Shown: piece by piece, positions 1 to 11,965 of the stretch
How the letters are laid out: the number at the start of each line of letters is the position of its first letter
Numbering within the stretch: the stretch's first letter is position 1
Virus record (IMG/VR): IMGVR_UViG_3300022601_000011
Direction: 5' to 3' (one strand)
Length of the DNA: 64,000 nt
DNA from: a virus
Taxonomy: Duplodnaviria > Heunggongvirae > Uroviricota > Caudoviricetes
Program-made: the position numbers and the translations under genes
The notes under the pieces: model-generated
Told to the model about the DNA's origin: nothing
The model's input: only the letters and a program-made list of their open reading frames with translations
Database searches by the model: none

Positions 1-1
1 G

Positions 2-316
2 ACTTTCAAAAGTAATAGTAAACAAAACAGTTCGCTTGCCTTTTTCGTTAATTGAATCAGTCAAATTACTAATATAACCATTTTCAAAAACTAAAAATGC
101 AATTAACATGTCTTTATCACTAAATACCTGAATTTGCTCAATCTATTTACTCTAACCATATAATGCTTGCAAAAACTATATATTTTTTTCAAGTTCATTA
201 TCTATTTCTAATTCAAAATTAACTGCGCCTGCATAAGTATGTACTTTCATAAAATTACGATGATATTTATTAATTTTAATTGGATATTGCTCTTGTCCTT
301 GAATAATTAATTTCAT
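2..316 (-). CDS. hypothetical protein, 3'-partial (code 15)
   Basis: ATG at 316 with SD AAAGGAGG; the frame stays open to the window edge if three TAGs are read through (MKLIIQGQEQYPIK...). Confidence 0.7.
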
Positions 317-330
317 AATAAATACCTCCT

Positions 331-1011
331 TTATTTTATTTTTATCCAAATGCGACCATTAACTTGAATTTTATCATTCCAAATTTCATAAGTAGGAACG
401 CAAGAAACGATACCAATAATACGTTCTGGATACATCATAATTTCTTTTCTAGACATTTTAGAAACAGTACCATAAGGACCAGAACATACTGCGTCGCCCG
501 CTTTATATGTAGAACGATCTTCATTAGGATATGCTAATACTCTACCAGCCACAGCAATTGGAGCAGTAGCTTTTTCTGTCTCTCCTATAGAAAATCCAAA
601 AGTATCGGAAATAATCATAGCTCCTGGTAACATGCGTTCATGAGACCAAATTAAATCATCATTGCCTGTTTCAATTACGCATCTGCCAGCTTCATTTTTA
701 CCATTTAAAATACGATATTCGGCATAATCATTCCATACCGCACCTTTTACACTTGAAGCGCTTAAAGTACCAGAAAAGTCACCGTCAATACCAATTAAAT
801 CAGCTTCTAAAGTAAGCGGTCCTGTCATCGTTCCACCAGCTATTGGTAAAAATTCAGTGGAGGCAAAATCTGAGCCTCCACTGAGTTCGGGAACAACAGT
901 ATAACCAACTACATTTAAATTTTCTCTAGCTTCTGCTGCAGTACTGCCGTCAGTACCACCATCTTGAATACCAACTAAGCTAGAAGTATAAATTTTATAA
1001 GCGTCAGCCAT
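331..1011 (-). CDS. short tail-fibre-type protein with C-terminal intramolecular chaperone (Peptidase G2-like) domain
   Basis: FLPIAGGTMTGPL fibre motif, then GAVWNDYAEY...SDTFGF.IG...PIAVAGRVL...YPERI.G...GRIW; no TAG; ends TAA. Confidence 0.6.
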   Translation of the reverse strand: MADAYKIYTSSLVGIQDGGTDGSTAAEARENLNVVGYTVVPELSGGSDFASTEFLPIAGGTMTGPLTLEADLIGIDGDFSGTLSASSVKGAVWNDYAEYRILNGKNEAGRCVIETGNDDLIWSHERMLPGAMIISDTFGFSIGETEKATAPIAVAGRVLAYPNEDRSTYKAGDAVCSGPYGTVSKMSRKEIMMYPERIIGIVSCVPTYEIWNDKIQVNGRIWIKIK

Positions 1012-2053
1012 CTGTATTTTCCTCCTTTAATTTATCTAAAAACTCATATAAACCTATACAAGGAATAATATTATTTAACTTATCTCCCATATAAGCATTT
1101 TTCATTATATCATTATAATGCTATGCCATAATTTCTTTTGAAATTGTAGGTTCAAGTTCTTTAAAAATTGCATCATAATATTTTTTACATTGTTTTAAAT
1201 TACCTGGAGCATGTTGCGGAGCTCTTGCAGCACATTCAATATAATATTGATATAAATGTATCATACAAGTTACAGCCCACATAGTAATAAAACCATTGTA
1301 AGGATTTTTCTTTTTTGCCTCTTGAATTGCAAAAATCATATTTTCAACATAACCGTAAAAACTATCTCGATCTGAACTACCATAACTATATTGATGATCA
1401 TTAATTCTCGTAATACTATTTAAATTTTCATGCCAATAATAAACATGTGCAGCAATAAAGTTAATCTACTCTTTATCATTCATGCAAAGGCGGCACCAAG
1501 TATTAAATCCATTATCTTCATTGGCTCTTGAAGTCTCATGAAAATGAATACCATATTTGTCAATAAAGCTACGACGATACATTTTACCGAACATCCATAC
1601 TAAATCTTTTTCGTGGCTCATTAACATTGGTCCAGTTCCTTCAGGAATGTCTGTTTCATGTACTTCATCAAAAACTCCAACTGACATTTGATATAAACCA
1701 TTATTCATTTCAATAGCATTGCGCAAAGCTTTAAGAGCAAAAGCACCATTGAAAGTATCATCAGCGTCAATAAAAGTAATATATCCATTAGAAGTGTGAT
1801 CTAAACCATATTGACGAGCTACTCCTGGTCCACCATTAGTTTCGTAGCGTAAAATATTAATTTTTAACATTGAAGAAAACTAATTAATTACATTTTGATA
1901 ATTCTATTCTGTAGAAGCATCATCAACAATAGTAACCTCTAATTCAGAAATAATATCTTGGCAAGCGATACTAGCCAGACATCTAAACAAAATATTATCT
2001 GCTACATTATAAGCAGGAATAATAATATCAATATTACGATTATATTTTTTCAT
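1004..2053 (-). CDS. family 2 glycosyltransferase (349 aa, code 15)
   Basis: IDIIIPAYN, IVDDAS, NGGPGVARQYG, YITFIDADD and NED motifs; joins ORFs 1466..1870 and 1121..1339 across TAGs; ends TGA at 1004, overlapping the next start. Confidence 0.85.
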
Positions 2054-2079
2054 AAAAAATCTCCTTTTTCTCTATTGTC

Positions 2080-4686
2080 TTAAGCTCCGATTAATTTTAA
2101 ATTATAACGAGTATTTGTACAGGTCCAAGTTGTTCCTGTATCATCTTCTGTGTCCCAAACAATTCTACCTTCTCCGCATAAATCTTCATTATAAAAAGAA
2201 TCAAAAGTAGTAGAACCATAAGGCACTCGAATGTTTAATAAGGTTGGAGTAATTTCATCTCCAGCAATATTATATCCTCGACCTTCAAAAATACCATAAG
2301 CATCATATACATATTCAGATGCAATATTTAAATTACCCTTCAAGCTTAGACAATAACCATAAGTATAACTCATATTAGTAACATTTGCGCCTGATACACC
2401 AGTCGTTAAACTTCTACAATTATAATAGGCCCAAGACATATCTTCAACATTTGCACCACATTTTGCGGTACCAATAGGATAACAATCCATATATGCACCT
2501 TGCATATTAACTACATTCGCACCAACAACTGGAGTGTTCAAACCACCATAACCATATGTATCTACGCCAGATTTGCCGTTAAAGAAATAATTTTCTCTTC
2601 CGCAATAAGCATAAGCATAAGACATATCCACTACGTTTGCTCCACAAGCTGCTTTATTTGTAATACCGCTACAATACATATATGCACCATGCATATTTAT
2701 TACATTTGCTCCACATACTGCAGTAGTAATGCCAGAAGAATAATTCAGATAATCCATTGAATAATTATATGTGTCATAATCTGGATCTTCGCCTGAAGCC
2801 CAAGTTGCATTATAATATTCTATCATTTTAGAAATATAATATGCGCATCCAGCATAAGTTTCAATCATATTTACTACATTAGCACCACATACCGCAGAAG
2901 TTAAACTATGTCGGCCTTTATATGTACCTATCATATCTGTAACATTTGCGCCACATACTGGAGTAGTTGGCCCACGTTTTGCACTAACCGATTGTCTCCA
3001 TTTTGCAGTTCTATTTTCAGTTATGGTATATGTTTCATCGCCAAGGAACCAATCAGAGTAGTCTGATTCGGCCAAAGCATAAGTATGATCCATTATTTTT
3101 ACTTCTGCTCCACAAACAAATGATGTTAAAGATTGACAATTAGCATAAGTATATCTCATTTCTTGAACTAATGGTCCACAAATAGGTGTTACTAAACCTA
3201 ATCCATCAGAGTAAAGATTATACGCTGTTAGACTATTATCAGGAACAACTGCGGGAACAAAACAATTAGTATAAGTGTTATCCATTAAAGTAACAACAGG
3301 ACCACTTGCTGCAGTGGTTAAATTAGTACATTCACGATATGTATTAACCATCATTACTACTGAATCTCCACAAACTGCTTCGGTTAAACTTGAACATCCA
3401 TACCAGGTATCACCGATTGTACCAGTTTCTTCTGAATATAAAATTCCTGGAATGCCATTATTATTTTTATAACGGCCACTAGCATAAAAACCATAAGGAA
3501 TAGAATATGTAGAATCCATCAAGGTTACAGATGGTCCACAAGCAGCAGTTGTTAAATTAACACAATTACCATAAGTACCAATCATTTCAGTAACTTGGTC
3601 TCCACAAATTGCTGTTGTAATATTTGCACAACTAGCATATGTATAATACATATTTGTTACTCGTTCACCACATACTGCAGTAGTTAAATTTTTACAACCT
3701 GTACCATGATAATAACGCTTATTTATATATATATATGAACCACTATTCGTCTATAATGAGCTCTAACTCATACTACTATAAGTGTGATCCATTAAAGTTA
3801 CCATTGGTCCACATATAGGAGTAACTAATTTATGACAATTAGCATATGTACCATTCATATAAGTAACCTAATTTCCACATGCGGCTGTAGTTAAATTAGT
3901 GCAGTTTTCATATGTATTAACCATCTCTATAACATTAGGACCGCAAACAGCATCAGTTAATTTAATACAATTTCTATATGTTGATTTTAATTCTGTAACA
4001 TTACGTCCTACGTTAGCTGTAGTAAGATTAGTGCAATAAGCATATGTATAATTCATACTTACAACATTACGATCACATACAGCATCAGTTAATTTAGAAC
4101 ATTTATAATATGTATAATTCATAGTTGGTACATTTAATCCACACACCGCAGTAGTTAAATTAGTACAATTATAATAAGCATAATCCATATTAGTAACATT
4201 TGCGCCACATGCCGCAGCAGTTAATTTAGTACAATTATGATAAGCATAATCAAAATTGCGAACACTATTAGAACAAGCTGCTGGGCCTGAAATATTACTA
4301 CAATTAGTATATGCATGAGACATACTAAAAACTTTAGGACCACATTGAGCATTACCAGTCATAGAATAGCAATTATAATATGCATAAGCCATATTAATAA
4401 CTTCTGCTCCACTCTAAGGAGCACTAGTCATATTAGAACACCCATTAAATGCACGATACATAGATGTAATTTTATTATGTTCTGGAAATGTACATGTTTG
4501 TAATGCTTTGTCATTTTCAAATGCCTAATCTAAAATTGTAATATTAGGATGAGTAATAGTAACTGATTGTAAATTAGCCATATTTCGAAAAGCTTGAGCA
4601 AAATTTGTATCTGATAACTAAATACGATTAGGAATAGTAATCGCTGTAACCTATGGTTCATTTCTAAAATTTAATAGTCTAGCCAC
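2080..4686 (-). CDS. Cys-rich 22-aa repeat (BspA/DUF285-like LRR solenoid) adhesin or receptor-binding protein (868 aa, code 15)
   Basis: GTG start with SD AAGGAGG; many CGxNVxxMxYTYxNCxxLTxAV repeats; ORFs 3868..4392 and 2080..3651 are in frame across TAGs; ends TAA. Confidence 0.75.
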
Positions 4687-4699
4687 TTTTTACCCTCCT

Positions 4700-5230
4700 T
4701 TATAAAATTATAGCATAATTATTTGGAATTGTCAAGGTCGTACTTGTTCCTATGTAATCTTTTAATGTATATGTACCATCTGCATTAGTATTATAAGTAA
4801 AATCTTTTAAAGCGGTAGTAATACTATCCACAAAATTATAAGATGAAAGATTAATGGTATCAGTATAAATTGTACCCATTTCTTCATAAGAGACTGAAAC
4901 AGTACCATTACTTTGAATTGTACTTATATCACATCCTTTAAGAATTTTTTCACTTCCATCTTCACAACGAGCAATAATCTAATAATAAGATGGATCCACT
5001 ATTTCTCCCTTGATAAATAAAACATCGCTAGGTATGGTTAAAGTCACATAAATAGAAACTGCTTTACCACTAGATACTAAATTTCCATTGATAAATTCTA
5101 ATAAATATGTATATCCATTTTCTTGATCTCTAAAATAAATTCCGTCTACAATAGAAGAATTTTTAGATTTATCAATTTCAGCCTAAATTATTTGCCACAA
5201 TAATCTTAAACCATCTTGATTTAAAACCAT
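4700..5230 (-). CDS. hypothetical tail-associated protein ending in an LRR N-cap-like motif (176 aa, code 15)
   Basis: MVLNQDGLRLLWQII*AEI...; C-terminus DFTYITNADGTYTLKDYIGTSTTLTIPN; absent from the ORF track because of TAGs. Confidence 0.7.
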
Positions 5231-5256
5231 ATTGAAGCCTCTTTTCTACCATTATT

Positions 5257-5442
5257 TTAATTTGTAGTTTGCTCTTGAGAAGTAACTACTCCATCAATAA
5301 ACTACATACTATGAATTGCATTATTACCCTAATCTTTAAATAAAATTGTATCATAAGGTTTTAGGGCAGAAGCTTCCAATTCTAATTTAAAAGCATTCCA
5401 AAATTTTTGCAATTCATCTTGTGTGATTGTACTTGCTGCCAT
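5257..5442 (-). CDS. small hypothetical protein, paralogue of the N-terminus of 4700..5230 (61 aa, code 15)
   Basis: MAASTITQDELQKFWNAFK...ILFKD*GNNAIHSM*FIDGVV; ends TAA at 5257. Confidence 0.65.
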
Positions 5443-5445
5443 ATG

Positions 5446-6015
5446 TTATACCACCCTTCGATACATATAAACTGTTTTTGCTGGCATCATATTATTATGA
5501 GGGGTGGAACCACCAGTACCTCCTGTATAAAAAGCTGATACTGCTGAAGTCCGAGAATCTCCTACGTCATAATAATTTTCTCCATCATCAGAACCATCTT
5601 TAGGCAAACCATGATTATGAGAAGGAATTTCATCTACGGTTAATGTATGACGCCATTCACCTGTTAGTGCATTTTCAGTTTCAGTACCAAGAGGATAAAA
5701 AGTCGCTGTTTCGCTGTTACTATCAGTATAAGAACCCTCTCCAACTAAAATATGTCCTGCTTCCAATTGTTCCCAAAACCAATGCACTGACTAATTATCA
5801 AAATTAAAATTATTTAAATCAATTTCTCGAGTAGTTTTATAAATAAAACCAATAGGCAAAATTAAATCAATATAGTCCTAAAATGTTAAAGTCTCATTGC
5901 CATAATACTCTTCTAAAGACATATTTAAACTAGGAATATAAACTTGAGACGCTTTAATTTTAGGATATACTTTTTGATCATTAACATTTAAAATATAATT
6001 TTTTACGGTGGCCAT
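5446..6015 (-). CDS. baseplate/tail-fibre protein with T4 gp10 C-terminal-like motif (189 aa, code 15)
   Basis: LPIGFIY...GEWRHTLTVDEIPSHNH...GGSTPHNNMMP...VYMYRR; TAATG overlap with the upstream gene. Confidence 0.7.
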
Positions 6016-6527
6016 TAAGACACCCTCTTCCAACTAAATGTTACAATGTACGGCTAAACATTATTATGCGCTGCGCCTCCACCAGTAGACATAGTAATAT
6101 AACTTTCATTATAGCCTGAACCCTAGCAAATTTCAGTCCAAGAAGAAGCACGACGCTAACGAGATTCTTCATTATTCCATCCTAATCTATGAGTATGAGA
6201 AGGTATTTGATCTATAGTTAATAAATGCTTAAAAGTTCCAATAGAAGTTTCTAATAATGAATTATCTCCACCAGTGCTAATCATAGTACGGCCTTCTCCA
6301 AATCTTGTCCATACTCCTGGCAATTGTCCATTAGGATCATAATCTGCTTTAAGCACTTCAATAATAGAGCCTACTGGATAATGATAATTTAATAAATTAG
6401 ATGAGTTTGTATATTGTAATAATACATCATCTAACTATTTTAAAATATAATTTTCATAATAGCTAATACTATCTGGTAAAACTGTTAAATCAGTTTGTTC
6501 TAATTCTACTACTGGTACATACTCCAT
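6015..6527 (-). CDS. baseplate/tail-fibre protein with gp10 C-terminal-like motif, paralogue 2 (170 aa, code 15)
   Basis: YPVGSII...PGVWTRFGEGRT...HLLTIDQIPSHTH...GGAAHNNV*PYIV..WKR; ends TAA. Confidence 0.7.
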
Positions 6528-6541
6528 TTAATATACCCCCT

Positions 6542-7654
6542 TTATGATATTCTTTCCCATAAATTTACATAAATTGAAGGCTACATATTATTATGAGCTT
6601 GTGAACCACCACGAGGACCAGTATAATAATTATCAGGAGCCTAATGCTACCCATTATCAGATGCCGAATTAGTAAAATTACCAGTTTTTGTATAATATAA
6701 ACGATGATCGTGATAAGCCATTTCATCTACTGTCAAAAGATGTTGCTCTTCACCATACTCATAACCACCATTTTCTAAATTTGCTAATACCGCATTATCT
6801 TTTCTGACATACAAAGTACAAGCAGTTGCCGTAATGTGTGCAGGTATACCACCTTCATAAGCAGCTTTTGAACCAATAGCATAAAACCATCCAGTCCCAT
6901 AGTGATTACCTGCAAAATATGCATTACTAGGACGAGAAAGACTTAAACCAGTCCAATTATGTGCCGTCCATGGTACATATAAACCAGCATTAATATCGGT
7001 ATTTGTAACAATCGTACCATCTGCCGCCGTAAATGTGGTTGTTGCATTATAACCATCAACAGTAGCAGGTTTATCCCATGCCGCGGACCTATGGGCATTA
7101 CCTGCCGAAAAAGGAGAAGCATGCTGTACCCAACGCCCCATATTAGTTACTGCACCAGAGACTCCGCCTCCATAAGGAACATTATATACCATTAAAAATT
7201 CTAATGTATCATTGGCATTATAATAATTATTTACATATTTCATTTTTCCAAATTTTTGTTTTGTAGCATTTAAATCAAAATCTAAGCAATCGGCAGTGGA
7301 TGCCCAATATCCACCTGCAATTTCATGATGATAAATTAAATCCCATACTGATCCATCAGGAAGAAATAATTCCATAGGACTTTCTTTCTTCCCCTATAAT
7401 GCAATTGAACCCGCACTAATGACAGTATGATTTTTTTCTAATAAACGCCACACACCAGGATAATGCCCATTTGGATTAAAATTTCCTGTGGTTTCAAGAA
7501 TACGACCCACAGGATACATTAAATCATTAATATAAATATTATACACATCCATTTTTTCAGTAAGGCTTTCACCATCATCAAAAAATACAAAATCTGAATG
7601 TGTAACAGGAGACCCGTAAGTTCCATCATTACCTATCAATATTTTATGAGCCAT
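6542..7654 (-). CDS. gp10 C-terminal-like protein with an inserted fibrinogen-C-like domain (370 aa, code 15)
   Basis: YPVGRI...PGVW, then the insert (DGSVWDLIYHH...EFLMVY...WFYAIG...GGIPA), then GEEQHLLTVDEM..HDH...AHNNM*P; ends TAA. Confidence 0.65.
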
Positions 7655-7681
7655 ATAAAAAAACTCCTTTTTCTCTAAAAA

Positions 7682-8308
7682 TTAAACATCTGTCCAATAT
7701 ACATGTCTGGCCATTTCAATACCAGATAAAATAATCTCAAGAGTAGAAGGATCAAAAATATCGGCATATTCTTCTTCCCAGTCTATATGCCCTAAACTTT
7801 TTTTAATTTCACTCTGTGAAGACTAAATATTTAAATTATATTCAAATTTAGCCTCTGTCGGATGAACTAAATAAAAACGTACTGCAAATTTAATCATGCC
7901 AGCCGCTTTTGTAGCTTCATTGCCGATATGCCAGGCAAAAATAATTTTGCCTGGCATAGTAGTAATATCTTTTAACATGACCGGAAATATTCGAGATTCC
8001 GGCTTATCTGCAGCATTAATATATTCTACCACAATAGCAGTTTGAAATAAATCCATATCTTCGTAATAACGATCTACTACAAAATATAAATACTCTGCTA
8101 AATGATCACTTTCTAGGCTTAAAAAACCACCTTGCTCAGGATCATATTCAGGAGGTAAAATAATTAAGCGTTTATTTAGATCAATTTCAATAAGAGGTTT
8201 TATCATATCTTCTTCGTCTGTTAAATCAAACTTTAAAAGCTATGTACCTGAATTATTCTATATATCCAACAGAGCATTATAATAAGAATTAGCGAGATAA
8301 TAACTCAT
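7682..8308 (-). CDS. putative baseplate upper (BppU N-terminal-like) protein (208 aa, code 15)
   Basis: DHLAEYLYFVVDRYYEDMDL...IIFAW...GMIKFAVRFY; ATG with SD AGGAGG; ends TAA. Confidence 0.55.
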
Positions 8309-8337
8309 ATTATACCTCCTGTTTTATGAAACTAATC

Positions 8338-10038
8338 TTAAAGATTAAAACTGGCGCTAGCAGTTGTACTTGCATTTGCTTCATTATTAAAACGAATTTG
8401 ACGCACTGCAACATGTAAAGCTTCTTTAGCTTTTATTTCACGTCCAAGTTTTGCTTCAATAGCTTCTATAGAAATAGTTTTTTCATTTCCCCAACCGGAA
8501 GAAATAGAAATCAAAGTACCTTCAGATTTAGTATAAGACCAAGTATACTGTAAATCATCATTGCCAGGTACAACGCAAGAACATTCAAAAATAGAACGGT
8601 CTTCATTTGCACTAATTACAACTTCTTCTGGTTGTTGTGCGGCAGGACGAATTTCAATCATTTTACTCTCTACCGTAGCAGATTCTGTTTTATTTAATAC
8701 ATGAGTAGCATTTAAAACAAAATTACCATGAGCCATATTTTCAATTGTCAATGGAACTTCCCAATAGAAATCTCCTGCTTTTTCAACTGCACCAGTATTT
8801 ATCTCAATACCATCTTCGGCCCAAGAATAATTAATCTTTCCAAGATTATGATCTGCCTCAAGAGCAGGAACAAATTTAACTTTAATTTCAGAAGTTGCAT
8901 ATTCACCGCTAGAAAATAGCTGTAATGGATAACCTTCATAATCAATAGCAATTTTGCCTGCACTAGGAATTAAACAAGGATTAGTAGCAATACTAGTCGT
9001 ACTGATTTGATTGCCTTCTTCATCCTCTACGGCATTCATAACAACAACATGATACAATCCAGCCTCAGTGGCAACATATGAAGATTGTGTCTCTCCTGAA
9101 AGTGATTTTGAATCTTTAAACCACTGATAAGTTAAAGGATGTTTAGAAGGATCTGGGTCAGTCGCCGTAACACTTAATGTTACTTGACCATTTTCTTCCA
9201 AATTTTCATAAGCTTTTTCAGCCCAGCTATAAGAAGTAATAACAGGTTTAAGACCAGTGCTATTAATTAAACCAGAATATACAGGACGAGAAGCCAAAGT
9301 AGCACTATAATCTACCATTTCTAGCATTTCAGAATCAATAGGAAGTTTTGGAAGAATTTTCACAGTAGCAGGAGAAGTTAAAAGATTGAAAACAATTTCT
9401 TTAGTTCCATCTTTTTCATTGACATCATACTAAACAAAACGAATTGCAAATTTAGCATCGCCAACTTCAGAAGTAAATTGATTATCTAAAGGCCATCCAA
9501 AAATAATTGCACTTCTATCTCCATTTTCACGGTCTTCTTCATTTTCACTATCATCAGCATAAATAATATCGCCATGAGTAGGCTTGGGATTAATGGAAGG
9601 ATCAATTGGAGCTTCAAACACTAAATCAATAGCATGTGCTGGTGTATAAGCCGCCAATGGTTTATTTCCTGCAGTCATCCATTCAATACGACATTCACAT
9701 TCAGATAAATCCATTTGATCAAAATATCTATCAACACGGAAGAATAAGAATTCAGCAAGATGATCTCCATTAACTGCAACACCATATTTTTGGAAATGTG
9801 GAGGAACAGTAATAGAACGATCATTTAAATTTACTAAAAATAAATCTTCATCAAGAGGAATACGAGCAAAACGTCCAATACCACGCAAATTGGCATCTTT
9901 TTGAAGGGCATTAAAATATTCTGGTAAACTAGTAATAGTTGTACCTGGGTCTGTTTTCTTTTCTGCTGCGGCAAATAATTTTTGATATTCACCATGCAAG
10001 ATAGCATCTTCAGTATAAGAAGGAACTCTTACTATCAT
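8338..10038 (-). CDS. BppU-like N-terminal domain plus Ig-like domains (566 aa, code 15)
   Basis: DHLAEFLFFRVDRYFDQMDL...IIFGW...KFAIRF; Ig-type LTYQWFKD...GLYHVVV; the two supplied ORFs are in frame across TAG 9430. Confidence 0.6.
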
Positions 10039-10505
10039 TATATATGTACCCCTTTCATCTATTCATATATTTTTTTATTTTCTTCAGTAAGCTCTACTAT
10101 CTTTTGATAATAAGCCTAAACTTGTGATCCTAATTGCGCCGCTAATTGAATTTGCCGCGCCATAATATATTTATCAGTTGTAAGATTAATTTCAATTTCC
10201 TTACTAAATTCAAATATATTTTTTACTGGATCAAGAATTAAGATTGCCAAAGTCATTAAATCATTAGAAACTCTAAAATTCTAACCTGCGGCAATCTTAC
10301 AAATGATATGGTTTTTTTCTCTTTTGCTTTTTACTAATTCTACTATTTCATATAAATTCTACTTATTCTTGAGCATAAGGAAAATTTGAGAATTATTATA
10401 AATAGTAGGAATGTAAATTTGAAGAGATTCAATACCATATACTTCATCTGCAGAACATTGAGTCGTTCTTAAATGACCGCCATTCTCAAAAATAATGTTT
10501 GGCAT
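10038..10505 (-). CDS. hypothetical protein (155 aa, code 15)
   Basis: ATG at 10505 with SD AAAGGAG; frame checked through TAGs to TAA 10038, which overlaps the next ATG. Confidence 0.7.
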
Positions 10506-10525
10506 AATCAAATCTCCTTTATAAT

Positions 10526-10561
10526 AAAAAAATGGGAGGAGCCCAGAAATAGACTCCTCCC
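10526..10561 (-). terminator. intrinsic terminator-like hairpin
   Basis: GGGAGGAG...CTCCTCCC stem followed by a T-run on the minus strand. Confidence 0.55.
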
Positions 10562-10615
10562 GATGCTCTAAATAATATAGAAAGCAATTTAGATTATTTA
10601 ATTTAGACGGACCAA

Positions 10616-11965
10616 TTAGAAAGTACCCCAAACAATAGAATCATGAGCTTCTGTGAATAGAGCAAAATCAGTTTTTTGTAAATAACCATCTGCGCTAGCT
10701 GTAGCAACACCCAATGCATTTTTCACATTATTTGCGGTAAGGCTGATTACACCACTATCTACAGAAATATTGTTACCAACTTTTACACCACCAAGAGCGC
10801 TAGTAGTTGCTGCTGGTAAGCTATAAACTGTAATATCACCAGAAGCCTCTCCAGTAGCAATTGTAAGTACACCATTAGACTTTTTAGTGATACTACGTAC
10901 GCCAGCATTACTAATAGTTAATCCATTAACACTAATACCGGTACCCGCTACAAGAGAGTGCCAAGTAGCATCGGCGCATAAGAAACGAGTAGTCGCTCCT
11001 GCAGCTGCGGCTGGAACTAAACCAATTGTACTTGCCTTGGAAGAATCTCCTGCAGTCATTACAGGAACATTAAAGCTTTGATTTGCTGAGCCAAATGGAT
11101 CATAAGTAGTTTGAGCAGTGCCATTAATTTTTAAAGCTAAAGTTTTTCTTACGCTAGACCAGCTAGTCTTGGTATATCCTGTAACATGACCATTGGTTTC
11201 AGCAATACTTGACACAAAATCGCCACTGGTTGGATGGGTGCAATTATAAGTAGCGTGAGAAATAGTAAGATTGCCAGATAATGCTCCGCCACCAGTTAAT
11301 CCAGAACCAGCACTAACAGTGCGAGTATTTGGAACCCAAAGATTTTCGTCTCCAAGCTTTTCCCAAGCGGTTCCCGTCCAGATATATTCAACATTGTCTC
11401 TAATTACGATATCACCAGAAACTGCAGTAACAGAAGCGCCACCAATAGTAATAGTCTTGGTGGTACCGTTGTCTACAACATTAGTATCAGTAGTAGTTCC
11501 CAAGAAGTGAAGAACATTGGTAATACCGAAATCTTCTAAAGTAATTTCTTTCGCAGCAGAACCATCATAAGATTTATTTCCCCATGTTAAAGCATAAGGA
11601 TTTTTCAAAGAGGTTGGAATAGACAAAGTATTATTAATTGTAATTGTATTATTATTAGATGGAACAAGCTGCATGTTTGTACCAGCAACAAAATTAACTG
11701 TTTTAGCAGCAGAACCATTAAAGGCAGATCCTAAAGCAGTGCCTCCAACCTTAATAGTAAAAGCATTAGTTACTTTCGCAGCTTCAGGAGATTTAATCGC
11801 AATACGAGTACCATCAACAGTATCAACAAATAATTTATGAGTATCTGTTGTAATGTACATCATACCAGCCTTGGGGGTTAAATAACCCGTAGTGCCAGGC
11901 GTAGTTAATTTCGCCTCTTGGCCCATCGCAAGACCTAATACATGTTCAGAAGCTATAATAGCCAT
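10616..11965 (-). CDS. tail fibre-like protein (449 aa)
   Basis: Gly/Thr/Ser-rich fibre motifs (AGSGLTGGGALSGN, YSLPAATTSALGGVKVG); no TAG; ends TAA. Confidence 0.75.
   Translation of the reverse strand: MAIIASEHVLGLAMGQEAKLTTPGTTGYLTPKAGMMYITTDTHKLFVDTVDGTRIAIKSPEAAKVTNAFTIKVGGTALGSAFNGSAAKTVNFVAGTNMQLVPSNNNTITINNTLSIPTSLKNPYALTWGNKSYDGSAAKEITLEDFGITNVLHFLGTTTDTNVVDNGTTKTITIGGASVTAVSGDIVIRDNVEYIWTGTAWEKLGDENLWVPNTRTVSAGSGLTGGGALSGNLTISHATYNCTHPTSGDFVSSIAETNGHVTGYTKTSWSSVRKTLALKINGTAQTTYDPFGSANQSFNVPVMTAGDSSKASTIGLVPAAAAGATTRFLCADATWHSLVAGTGISVNGLTISNAGVRSITKKSNGVLTIATGEASGDITVYSLPAATTSALGGVKVGNNISVDSGVISLTANNVKNALGVATASADGYLQKTDFALFTEAHDSIVWGTF

Noticed and set aside
3722..3737. (AT)n microsatellite as a phase-variation site
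   Set aside because: It is short, in frame (encodes YIYI) and expected by chance in AT-rich DNA; read data would be needed to support slippage.
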